From positions 62,001 to 126,000 of the IMG/VR virus record IMGVR_UViG_3300047322_001237: a stretch of 64,000 nt of DNA. One strand, given 5' to 3'. The notes beneath the pieces are model-generated. The model saw only the letters and a program-made list of their open reading frames with translations. It did not search any database and was not told the DNA's origin. Below, in pieces: positions 56,066 to 64,000 of the stretch (position 1 is its first letter; every line of letters begins with the position of its first letter). Both the position numbers and the translations under genes were made by a program.

Positions 56066-56338
56066 TTGCTTTTATGCCGTCAGCGCGAGATCTACTTCTT
56101 CCGTCTCACGCGGCTCGGTCAATGCGTTGATCCAGTTCTGCATGAAGTTGGTGACCGGTATCCCATACGACTCCGTCCAGTGAAAGATGACCGGTCGCGC
56201 GCCTCGGCGATGAGGATACCGTACCCGCTTCTTCAGTGGCTCTCGTGTAAGGCGATGCGACACCACGCGAACGTGTGTTTCACGATGCGCCTTCGAGGGC
56301 CGACGCTTTCTTAGGCTTGTATATCGAATCATGTTGCT

Positions 56339-56899
56339 TCAATAAAGCTTAGAGATGACATACGCGCCGTCCTTGCCGGAAGGCTCGACCTTGTGCATGG
56401 TGCAGTTGTCCTCACCCCAGTTATCGCAGAACGCGACACCGACGTTCGAACGGTTCCCGTTCTCGTCGAAGCAGTTGGACTCCGACGACTTGCGAACTTC
56501 ATACGCAAGCTGCTTGTCCGTCGAAACGAAGCCCTCGGTCTTCGCCTCATTCCAGACAAGGTAAAACTCCTTCCCCTCGCTCTGGTGCTGAGCCGCGGCC
56601 GTCAATGCGTCTCGATGCGTGTCCATGAAGCCGCTGACCGCTGCGCCGAGGTTCTTCAGTCCCGCTTGCAGGCGCTCGATCATCGTCTCGATGTCTTCTT
56701 TCTCCAACACCACCCAGTACTCGCCGTTCATGCGCAGCACGCGCCAGTCCGGGTCATCGAGAAGGCCTTTGTCGGCAGCCGTGCCTTCCGGTGTGGTTCT
56801 TTTCTCTACACCGAAGCGTTCCTTGTTATAAATGTCGTAGGGGAAGTAGATGGACCCTTCAGGGAGGCCTCCCAGTTCGTGGCGTGCAACGAGTTTCAT
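56339..56899 (-). CDS. hypothetical protein
   Basis: 186 aa. Confidence 0.6.
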   Translation of the reverse strand: MKLVARHELGGLPEGSIYFPYDIYNKERFGVEKRTTPEGTAADKGLLDDPDWRVLRMNGEYWVVLEKEDIETMIERLQAGLKNLGAAVSGFMDTHRDALTAAAQHQSEGKEFYLVWNEAKTEGFVSTDKQLAYEVRKSSESNCFDENGNRSNVGVAFCDNWGEDNCTMHKVEPSGKDGAYVISKLY

Positions 56900-56905
56900 T
56901 TTTAT

Positions 56906-57307
56906 TTATTCCAAAGGTCCAAAGCCCATCAGGCGTGATTGTTTGCGGACCGCTTCCCGGAAGGCGGTCATGTCGACTTCGTCCTTTCCCTGTGGCCAGT
57001 GGCAACCCAGAAAGAAATGAGCGACGGCATCGAGGACGAGATCGTCCACTTCGGTATCGCGTTCGTACAACGCCAGCTTGATGCGGGCGTGCGGGTAGAG
57101 GCTCAGGATGCTCTCGACCTTCTCCGGATTGAAAGACAGGTCAGTGTGTTCCTTCAGAAAGCGCGCGACGTCCTGATAGAGTTCAGGCCGTGGCGTCGCT
57201 TGGCGGTTGTCGTGAAGGAGGCGGGAGATGTTTCGCTGGATCGACAGAAACGCGCTACGGTCGTCGCTCGCTTCTTTCATCACGAATTCGGGTGTCGTGC
57301 TGAACAT
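56906..57307 (-). CDS. hypothetical protein
   Basis: probable start MFSTTPE behind AGGAG. Confidence 0.6.
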   Translation of the reverse strand: MFSTTPEFVMKEASDDRSAFLSIQRNISRLLHDNRQATPRPELYQDVARFLKEHTDLSFNPEKVESILSLYPHARIKLALYERDTEVDDLVLDAVAHFFLGCHWPQGKDEVDMTAFREAVRKQSRLMGFGPLE

Positions 57308-57317
57308 GGCATGTCTC

Positions 57318-57542
57318 CTATTCCTTACGCAGACGCACACCGAAGACGTCGCCCTTATGCCAGCCGCGCGCCATGAAGTCCGCGTAGCTCGTGTACCCCG
57401 AGGTCGTCGGTGCCCAGGGCGTGATGACCGGGGCGCGCTGCACGCGGGAGATAATCAGGAAGCTCGGCTTCGGTGCCTTCAGGCGCGAATCGCGACGCAT
57501 GCGGTTGAACTTGATGCGGAGCTTGGTGGTTTTGCTATGCAT
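57318..57542 (-). CDS. small basic hypothetical protein
   Basis: 74 aa, first gene after an early promoter. Confidence 0.5.
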   Translation of the reverse strand: MHSKTTKLRIKFNRMRRDSRLKAPKPSFLIISRVQRAPVITPWAPTTSGYTSYADFMARGWHKGDVFGVRLRKE

Positions 57543-57594
57543 GGTGTTTTCTGCTTATTGGGTCACGAAACATCGAGGTCGATGTACCGTGTTG

Positions 57595-57615
57595 GTGATA
57601 TGCGTCTGAGATGAT
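57595..57615 (-). promoter_or_regulatory. phiKZ-type early promoter
   Basis: minus strand ATCATCTCAGACGCATATCAC. Confidence 0.6.
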
Positions 57616-57667
57616 CTTGAATAAAAAAAGGGACCGAGGTCCCCTGTGTCATTGAACGCGGGATGTG

Positions 57668-58030
57668 TTACTCGTCGACCGACAACGGATACGCCGCCTG
57701 CCGGTGGTGTTTGACCGAGAGGAAAACGATGCGAGTGTCGGAATGGCCGTATAGGAGGGAGTGGTGCTGCAACACGCGTTCACGCAGGTGGTCGAGCTTG
57801 AATTCTTTCATGAGACTCGCCAACTTTACTTTTTGCTCATCCGTGGCTTCGGGGGGATCATAGTGCTTGCAGAGGCCGGGGCGGGCTACGACGAGTCGCG
57901 CGAATCGATCTAGTTCCTCTTCGAGTGCTGCGGACCTGCGGGGAGCGGAATTCACGTCTTGGTCGAGCATGAATTCCGCGATTGCATCCATCGATCGATG
58001 GTAACTTCGGGCCTGCGTGATTTTTATCAT
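57668..58030 (-). CDS. RelE/ParE-family toxin candidate
   Basis: N-terminal strand-helix MIKITQARSYHRSMDAIAEF and C-terminal LLY....RIVFLSVKHHRQ; ATGA-coupled to the antitoxin; terminator at 57620-57644. Confidence 0.6.
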   Translation of the reverse strand: MIKITQARSYHRSMDAIAEFMLDQDVNSAPRRSAALEEELDRFARLVVARPGLCKHYDPPEATDEQKVKLASLMKEFKLDHLRERVLQHHSLLYGHSDTRIVFLSVKHHRQAAYPLSVDE

Positions 58031-58353
58031 CCTTTCGCTTGCGCCTCCGCAGCTCGACGGCGCACGCGCTCAAGGCGTTCTTGAGAGAGTTGACGACCTT
58101 CCTCTTCCGAGATGGTTCCTTCGCGCAGTGATTCCAATGCCCCGATTACCTCGTCCACCGAGAACGCGCTTGGGGCGTTATCCTGCGGATGGAGGAGTTG
58201 ATCGTAGGTCTCGGCGTCGATCACGACGGCGCGCGGCGTGCCGTCCTTCTCCCGAAGCAACTTGACGCTGCCGCCGTGCATTCCATCAACCAGCTCGCGC
58301 ATAGGCGCGCCAAGCGCGTCAATCGAGACGTCTTCCACGATGGGAGTTGCCAT
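58027..58353 (-). CDS. Phd/YefM-family antitoxin candidate
   Basis: MRELVDGM..GSVKLLREKDGTPRAVVIDAETYDQL pattern, acidic C-terminus. Confidence 0.65.
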   Translation of the reverse strand: MATPIVEDVSIDALGAPMRELVDGMHGGSVKLLREKDGTPRAVVIDAETYDQLLHPQDNAPSAFSVDEVIGALESLREGTISEEEGRQLSQERLERVRRRAAEAQAKG

Positions 58354-58385
58354 TGTTCAAGCTCCTGTAACTTGCTGATTTCACG

Positions 58386-58414
58386 ACATTACTTGAACGG
58401 GGCAGCGCGGTCAA
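58386..58414 (-). promoter_or_regulatory. host sigma70-like promoter for the TA pair
   Basis: TTGACC-17 nt-TAATGT on the minus strand. Confidence 0.45.
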
Positions 58415-58483
58415 TGCTCTGTCCCTTTTTTGTCGTTTCGATCGTTAGCAAACGTTTCCCGTGAAACTATTAGGGACGCGACC

Positions 58484-59014
58484 CTAAAAGCGCATCACCT
58501 CTAAGTCCGTATGTTCCGCCTTTTTGGCGACGGGTGCGAGGTCGGCCCATTCGATCGGCCGCAGCAATCCGTCGCAGGTCGTGTTCGGCACAACCTCCTT
58601 GCACTCCACACCGTCGAACCGCAGCGATTCCTTGGCCGGTACCAGAACATGACCGCACTTCGGACAGGCCACCCAGCGCGAGTGGATCTCCAGACCTGGT
58701 CGGTCCTCGAACAGCAGGTCGGTGGCAAACCGGAAGAAGTTCCGGTGCATACTCTCCGCGTCGAAGCCCTCGCTCACCGCGTCGAGTGCCTGCTGGCCCA
58801 TCTCGAACCCACGCGCGCCGCGCCCGCTTTTCCAGAACGGGTTTTCCGTATCCTTCGTCCGGAACGCGTTTGCGACGTCATGCAGTCGCTGCGTTGCCAG
58901 GTAGAGACGCTGGCAGTGACGGATCAACTCGTCACGCGTCATGTTGTCGAACGGCGACTCGCCCCATTCGAGCTTCTTCGGCTCTTGCGTTTCGTCCTTC
59001 GTGAAATAGCTCAC
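58484..59014 (-). CDS. Cys-containing hypothetical protein
   Basis: 176 aa; CPKC ... C ... C. Confidence 0.6.
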   Translation of the reverse strand: MSYFTKDETQEPKKLEWGESPFDNMTRDELIRHCQRLYLATQRLHDVANAFRTKDTENPFWKSGRGARGFEMGQQALDAVSEGFDAESMHRNFFRFATDLLFEDRPGLEIHSRWVACPKCGHVLVPAKESLRFDGVECKEVVPNTTCDGLLRPIEWADLAPVAKKAEHTDLEVMRF

Positions 59015-59394
59015 CCTTTCTCCTCGATTCTTCGAAATATCACCGACTTCCCCAGCAGGCCGCTGTAGGCATAAGGGAAACGTCCATCGTCCGGCGTGAA
59101 GATTCCTTTCTGTCTAAGTTGATCGACCATCGCTAAGCCAAGACCTAATGCCGCGTCGGCGAACTTCTCCATGATCTTCTGGTCCAGATCGTTGTCCGAG
59201 CTGATGATGTCCATCACGGCGTTATCGACCTCGTCGTCGGCATGAGCGTAGCTATCGACGTAGCATGACAACCAGCTCACCATCGAAGCGGGCTGAGTGT
59301 CCAGCACGTCTTCGAGGCCCTTGACTTCTTTTTCGTATTCACTAATCGGCTGCTGCAAATCCAGAATCACTGCGTCGGGGTAACGCACTGCCAT
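59011..59394 (-). CDS. hypothetical protein (paralogue of 62385..62867)
   Basis: PD..ILDL..P...YEK.VK and VFRR shared. Confidence 0.7.
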   Translation of the reverse strand: MAVRYPDAVILDLQQPISEYEKEVKGLEDVLDTQPASMVSWLSCYVDSYAHADDEVDNAVMDIISSDNDLDQKIMEKFADAALGLGLAMVDQLRQKGIFTPDDGRFPYAYSGLLGKSVIFRRIEEKG

Positions 59395-59466
59395 AGCTTT
59401 GCTCCACGTCGTAAATAACGGACGGAATAGAAGCCTTCGACCCGATGCAGAGTCGAAGGCAGAGGG

Positions 59467-59901
59467 TCAAGCAGATTTCTGATCGGCGTCGATCAAGCCG
59501 TTTGAGAAGAGAACCGTGCCCGGTGCGACGTGTTCCAGATCGTAGGGACCGTACGTCTCGACGCGCGACGTCCATTCGTTGTTGCTGTCCGGTGCACTGC
59601 GCACGACCTTGCCGATCGGCTGGAACGAACCGGCGCCTTTCGTCTTGATGCCGCGAAGGAGCGCCGTATCCAAATCCTTGCGGGAGTCGAGACCGAGCGT
59701 TTCGCTGCGGCCGTGGCAGCGACCCTCATCGTCGACGAAGCCCGCCGAGATGACTTCACCGTCACGGAACTTGCGACGCCAGTTGCGCTCGGAACCGAAG
59801 CGAATGCATTCGATGGCTTCCTTCATGCGATCGTGGTCTACGTCACGCGGGAACACAAAGATCGACTCGGCCCCGTCGACCACTGCAACGATGTATTTCA
59901 T
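59467..59901 (-). CDS. hypothetical protein
   Basis: 144 aa; ISAGFV...CHGRSETLGL. Confidence 0.65.
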   Translation of the reverse strand: MKYIVAVVDGAESIFVFPRDVDHDRMKEAIECIRFGSERNWRRKFRDGEVISAGFVDDEGRCHGRSETLGLDSRKDLDTALLRGIKTKGAGSFQPIGKVVRSAPDSNNEWTSRVETYGPYDLEHVAPGTVLFSNGLIDADQKSA

Positions 59902-60383
59902 TGTTCTTTTTCTCCTTGATAGTTCTTCCGCATGCTGTAAAGGTTGCGCAACGTGAGGTCGAAGCCGCCGATGAACTGGGCGACGGTCGTGTACATCTCC
60001 GCCTGCTGACGGCTCGTGGTGACGTCGTGCATGTCGTCAGTGAGATTTAGCGCATCCTTCAGACTGCGTAGCTCGTCTCCGCTGGCACCGAACGTCTCCA
60101 GACGCTTGTAGCGTTCGCCGACTGCGATTAGGCTATCGACCGCGGCCTTGTACACATCCTCGAGCGGTTCACGGTTGTCGGCGTACTCCGTCATGGCAGC
60201 GCCGACGATCACGCGAAACGCTATCGAGGCGAACTCAGGCTTGCCGCCGCGCCCTTCGACGATGGCTTGCAGATGCTGATGCGGAATAAGCTTGAGCTTC
60301 AGTTCGTCCGCCTTCGAATGGCGAATGATCATCGGCAGGCGCGCAGCGGGTTTGCGCGATTGATAGAAATGTTGTTTAGTCAC
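59898..60383 (-). CDS. hypothetical protein
   Basis: 161 aa coupled ORF. Confidence 0.65.
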   Translation of the reverse strand: MTKQHFYQSRKPAARLPMIIRHSKADELKLKLIPHQHLQAIVEGRGGKPEFASIAFRVIVGAAMTEYADNREPLEDVYKAAVDSLIAVGERYKRLETFGASGDELRSLKDALNLTDDMHDVTTSRQQAEMYTTVAQFIGGFDLTLRNLYSMRKNYQGEKEQ

Positions 60384-60413
60384 GATGCTTCTTTACAGCG
60401 ATGAGTTGTTGAC

Positions 60414-60626
60414 TTACTGCCGAGCGGTGCATGAGAGCGCACCGGAGACGCCTATGCCGCCAGTATGGACGTAGGTGCAGTGCTGATAGGTCGTATCGAA
60501 CTCTACGTACGGAACGCCTTCTTCGGCCTGTGCTTCCTTCGTGCCGGAAGCAACCATGAAGACCGTAAACGCGATCCCGCACGCGACGCCCACCATGAAC
60601 AAAGCGGTAGCGATTGACTTCTTCAC
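60414..60626 (-). CDS. small membrane/exported protein
   Basis: N-terminal TM helix, Cys pair. Confidence 0.55.
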   Translation of the reverse strand: MKKSIATALFMVGVACGIAFTVFMVASGTKEAQAEEGVPYVEFDTTYQHCTYVHTGGIGVSGALSCTARQ

Positions 60627-60629
60627 GCC

Positions 60630-61451
60630 TTAGACCTTCGGGCAGACAGGCTGATCACCCTGGTTCATGTACTTGCCGCCGCGGTCCTTGTAGGAGACGT
60701 CGCAAGCTTCGTCGGACTGGAGGAAGAGCACCTGAGCAACGCCTTCGTTGGCGTAGATCTTTGCGGGAAGTGGGGTCGTGTTCGAGAACTCCAGAGTCAC
60801 GTAGCCTTCCCATTCCGGCTCAAAGGGAGTGACGTTCACGATGATACCGCAGCGCGCGTACGTGGATTTCCCGAGGCAGATCGTCAGCACATCGCGTGGG
60901 ATCTTGAAGCGCTCCACCGTGCGGGCCAGAGCGAACGAGTTCGGCGGGATGACACAGACATCGCCCTTGAAATCCACGAACGATTTCTCGTCGAAGTTCT
61001 TCGGGTCGACCACCGTCGAGTTGATGTTGGTGAAGATCTTGAACTCGTCCGCACAGCGCACGTCGTAGCCATAGGAGGAGAGCCCGTAGCTGACGATCTT
61101 CTCCTGCAGATGCATGCGACCCTTCAGATGCACGACTTCGCCTCGCATCCGAGACCCATAATGGAGGTAAGCCGTCTGCTCGTCGTCCGTCGCAAGGCGA
61201 GGGCGATGGCGAACCTGACCCGGGACGAACGGTTCGATCAAGACTCCGTTCATCTGCAGCCAGGCTCGCTTCTCTTCTTCGGTCAACGGCACCATCGTTC
61301 CGCTGTAGTGCTCGACCGGGATACCGCCGTCGCGCGTCACCCACTGGCCATCGTCGTTCCTTGATGCGAAGAACCGATTGTCACCCGTATGGATGATCGC
61401 GTCGGGTGCTTGACACATGCGCTTGATCCACGCGTCACTCTTGATGCTCAT
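60630..61451 (-). CDS. dcd: dCTP deaminase with two N-terminal insertions
   Basis: [44 protein letters not shown]. Confidence 0.95.
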   Translation of the reverse strand: MSIKSDAWIKRMCQAPDAIIHTGDNRFFASRNDDGQWVTRDGGIPVEHYSGTMVPLTEEEKRAWLQMNGVLIEPFVPGQVRHRPRLATDDEQTAYLHYGSRMRGEVVHLKGRMHLQEKIVSYGLSSYGYDVRCADEFKIFTNINSTVVDPKNFDEKSFVDFKGDVCVIPPNSFALARTVERFKIPRDVLTICLGKSTYARCGIIVNVTPFEPEWEGYVTLEFSNTTPLPAKIYANEGVAQVLFLQSDEACDVSYKDRGGKYMNQGDQPVCPKV

Positions 61452-61660
61452 GCTTGTCCTCGTGATGCTTGTTGATTGTTGTTTAACCTATTGATTTCCG
61501 TTGCCGTCCAATTCCAGTAGTCGTACACGACCGACTGAATGTCAGCGATGATGTCTTCTCTGCTTTTTGGAGCCGGGGCCAGCCACTCAATCCTGATGTG
61601 TGGGTATATGCGCCGGTTCTTATTGGCCCTGATGCGGGCTTTGACTTTCTTGCTCAGCAT
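61448..61660 (-). CDS. small basic protein
   Basis: 70 aa, ATGA-coupled to dcd. Confidence 0.5.
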   Translation of the reverse strand: MLSKKVKARIRANKNRRIYPHIRIEWLAPAPKSREDIIADIQSVVYDYWNWTATEINRLNNNQQASRGQA

Positions 61661-61665
61661 GCTTG

Positions 61666-62040
61666 TTACGCCGGTACTGCGGCGAGGAACGGATTCTTGA
61701 CGATGAGCGCACCCTTTCGGTTCGCACTCCAGGTACCGATACGACCGTTTGAAAACTTCCGAGCGGATTCGACATGCACTTCGGCACGCTCAACGCGCTG
61801 TGCTTCCGTGGCACCGAACTTGAAGAGCATCGGGCGCAAGCGATTGAAGAACCCGTCTCTGCCACCCTGAGCCGTCACAATGCCGTGCGCCGTCGTGAGC
61901 GCGGCGCCTTCCGTGGTAAAACGGTCTGCCTGCTCTGCATCAGTCGACAACGCCCGGGTGGGACTCATCGCGTTGATGAAGAACAGATCCGCTGCACCCG
62001 CTCGAGCGATGCGTATGCGATAGACGAAGGCCTCATTCAT
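61666..62040 (-). CDS. hypothetical protein
   Basis: probable start MNEAF. Confidence 0.5.
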   Translation of the reverse strand: MNEAFVYRIRIARAGAADLFFINAMSPTRALSTDAEQADRFTTEGAALTTAHGIVTAQGGRDGFFNRLRPMLFKFGATEAQRVERAEVHVESARKFSNGRIGTWSANRKGALIVKNPFLAAVPA

Positions 62041-62326
62041 GGACGAGCTCCTTCTCAGTATCACGGAGCTTTGCGTTCGGATCCTCTTCAAGCGGCTCCA
62101 GCCAGTCTTCCGCGCAATCCACCTCCATCCCGATTCCGCCGTGCTCGGAGATGAACTCCCCGCCATCGGCTGACACCACACGCCAGATCTCGCCCCACAG
62201 GGAATGCGGCGGGCGATCCGTATAAAGGAACTTCGCGCGGCAGATACGGCCGACCGAAACTCCCTTGGGTCCGTTGGCCGAGCCAATGATCCGGCACAAC
62301 GCGCCGGGCGTTACTCGCTTAGACAT
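62033..62326 (-). CDS. SH3-like hypothetical protein
   Basis: probable start MSKRVTPGALCRII; ..EDWLEPL C-terminal pattern. Confidence 0.5.
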   Translation of the reverse strand: MSKRVTPGALCRIIGSANGPKGVSVGRICRAKFLYTDRPPHSLWGEIWRVVSADGGEFISEHGGIGMEVDCAEDWLEPLEEDPNAKLRDTEKELVHE

Positions 62327-62384
62327 CGTTGTCCTCGTAGTTTGGAAATGAAAAGGGGCGCTTGTCGGCGCCCCTGTTGATGGG

Positions 62385-62867
62385 TTAATCGTCTTCGTCG
62401 TCTGGAGCGGATTCGTCCTTCTCTTTCGGCGTTCGCTCGTCACGCCACATCCACATGGTCATCGACGGTTCTTCTCGTCGGCGAAACACGGCAGCTTTGT
62501 CGCTTGCCCAGCCGGCGAAGTAGAAGTCGAACCGAGCATCGTTCGGATCGTAGAGACCGAAGTCGTTGAGCTGCTTCACCATCGCCGTGCCCAGCTTCAT
62601 CGCGGCGTCAGTAAAGCAGTTCGAGACATTCGGCGGAACACCCGCGTCTTCCATGTTGAATTGGATCTCGGCGACCGCGTCATACAGTTCGGTTTCGTCG
62701 TAATCTTTGGAAGAGATGTGGTCCGTGATGTAGTTGACCATGTGGCTGACATCGGTCTGAACCTTGTTCCCGATCGGCTTCACCTGCTTTTCGTAGGCTG
62801 CCACCGGTTCACCGAGATCCAAGATGAACGAGTCAGGGATGCGGAGCTTGTCTTTTTCGTCGGGCAT
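62385..62867 (-). CDS. early hypothetical protein (paralogue of 59011..59394)
   Basis: 160 aa, GGAGG RBS, early promoter upstream. Confidence 0.7.
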   Translation of the reverse strand: MPDEKDKLRIPDSFILDLGEPVAAYEKQVKPIGNKVQTDVSHMVNYITDHISSKDYDETELYDAVAEIQFNMEDAGVPPNVSNCFTDAAMKLGTAMVKQLNDFGLYDPNDARFDFYFAGWASDKAAVFRRREEPSMTMWMWRDERTPKEKDESAPDDEDD

Positions 62868-62919
62868 GACTTCCTCCGTTAGTCAATGAGCCGTTGACGA
62901 TCCTCCGTTGTCCATGTAC

Positions 62920-62945
62920 GTGATATGTAATCGAGATCCAGTTGA
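62920..62945 (-). promoter_or_regulatory. phiKZ-type early promoter
   Basis: minus strand TGGATCTCGATTACATATCAC. Confidence 0.65.
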
Positions 62946-63024
62946 ATCGAGTTCATGCTGCGCTCCTTCTGTTCAGTAAGAATCAAGCAGCCTCGTATTG
63001 GCCTGTATGTGTGCTTTGACGCGT

Positions 63025-63546
63025 CTAGTGCGCGTTCACCACGTTCTGACCTGACTCGAACGAAAACTCGGGGATATGCAGCACGTCACGCGCGAACACG
63101 CGCAGCACATCTGCGTAGGAAGGATCCTCGACCACCTCCGGGTAGAACTTGTTGAACTTGTTCAAGCTCCAGCCGGTGAGGTCCAGCTCGTCCAGTTGCT
63201 TGTTGATGAACTGGGTTGCAAAGAAAGAAAGGAGGGCGGTCTGATTTGCCGGAACCACGATGCGACCGAAGATGCGAGCGGGACCGTACTGACGACCACC
63301 GACACCGAATTGCAACTCCAGCATTCCCGCTTCAACATCGATGCGATGCAGGATCATGCGCGCGTAACGATCGTAGACAGCCAGTGCGTAGGCTGAGCCG
63401 GGATCGGTCGCACTGGGGACGGTCACAGTAGGCGCGAAGTAGGGGATGTTTCGGTTCTTGATGTCTTCGAGGATTGCTGCGAGGATCGGGGATAGCTCCA
63501 AGTACTGAGATCCCGGGAACGGCTCCGGGGTCTGGATGTCTGACAT
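63025..63546 (-). CDS. hypothetical protein
   Basis: probable start MSDIQTP behind AAGGAG. Confidence 0.65.
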   Translation of the reverse strand: MSDIQTPEPFPGSQYLELSPILAAILEDIKNRNIPYFAPTVTVPSATDPGSAYALAVYDRYARMILHRIDVEAGMLELQFGVGGRQYGPARIFGRIVVPANQTALLSFFATQFINKQLDELDLTGWSLNKFNKFYPEVVEDPSYADVLRVFARDVLHIPEFSFESGQNVVNAH

Positions 63547-63659
63547 TTTCTCTCCTTGTTGGGTGACAACCAGACGATTACTGGGGAGCGTAAGAACTTC
63601 CCTGAACCTGTGGACGGAACAAAAAAAAGAGTCAGACTTGCGCTCTGACTCTCTTGATT

Positions 63660-63998
63660 TCACCAGCCACGATCTTGTCGATGCGGCCACACGGGATGGT
63701 AGCCTCGCGGCCACTGACCGGTTGGCAACGCTCGATAGAAGGGGATGCCCACACTCACGACAATGCGCGGTGCCGGCGGCGGGGCGTAGACGTATTGTTG
63801 GGGAGGCGGCGGCGCATAGATCGGCTGAGGCTGCTGCACATATTGAACGGGCGGCTGCGGGTATGCTGGAAGCGGCGGATTCGCTTGCACATAGTCCGTG
63901 GTTGCATCGTTACGTGCGTTTTGTTCGGCGATGATGCGCCGTTGGCGCTCGACTTCCTGCTGCCGTCCTACGATGAGTCCGTTGCGATAGGCACGAGC
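63660..63998 (-). CDS. Pro/Gln/Tyr-rich protein (5' end outside window)
   Basis: open frame from the window edge: ARAYRNG...PPPQQYVYAPPPAP. Confidence 0.5.
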   Translation of the reverse strand, partial: ARAYRNGLIVGRQQEVERQRRIIAEQNARNDATTDYVQANPPLPAYPQPPVQYVQQPQPIYAPPPPQQYVYAPPPAPRIVVSVGIPFYRALPTGQWPRGYHPVWPHRQDRGW

Positions 63999-64000
63999 CA

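Larger units (their letters stand above)
7403..56081. repeat. dispersed hairpin + (T)TATG(C/A)CG(T/C)C element family
   Basis: copies near 7403, 7786, 14523, 15203, 19869, 28383, 34002, 35114, 36983, 39660, 40206, 45332, 49996, 51767, 52772, 55663; bare motif at 56071. Confidence 0.8.

Noticed and set aside
60630-61451. Intein or intron explanation for the dcd insertions
   Set aside because: The frame is open, the inserts are short and they lack intein terminal residues or homing-endonuclease motifs.

Overview
This window is a 64-kb segment of a high-GC phiKZ-like (Chimalliviridae, nucleus-forming type) jumbo phage. The host is probably a betaproteobacterium of the Burkholderia/Ralstonia group, judged from host-like dcd and cyclophilin genes. 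Bases 1-28.4 kb hold the conserved core block: spanin-like gene, RuvC, baseplate/virion proteins, portal, non-virion RNA polymerase beta N-terminal subunit, major capsid protein, DnaB, SF2 helicase and a family of head proteins with (S/A)-x-E prohead-protease sites. Bases 28.5-64 kb are an accessory region of mostly minus-strand small genes. They include an HsdM-like protein, an HNH nuclease, a YagK/inovirus-Gp2 HUH-like gene in an AT-richer island, a DEDD exonuclease, cyclophilin, lytic transglycosylase, papain-family proteases, a Phd-RelE/ParE-like toxin-antitoxin pair and dCTP deaminase. The top finding is a roughly 900-nt gap (40215-41119) with no credible gene. On the minus strand it reads as a large, highly structured non-coding RNA: a TATG late-promoter-like start, a 5'-3' closing helix, nested multi-helix domains with G-U wobbles, three GNRA hairpins, T-loop-like loops and a terminal hairpin. 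It is flanked by nucleotidyltransferase-like and ADP-ribosyltransferase-like genes. Also visible are a dispersed hairpin+TATGCCGTC element family, seven phiKZ-type early promoters and a second, small sRNA candidate. No database searches or folding programs were run. Family calls rest on recognised motifs and remembered gene order, base pairings were derived by eye, and several start codons were re-assigned from the ORF track.
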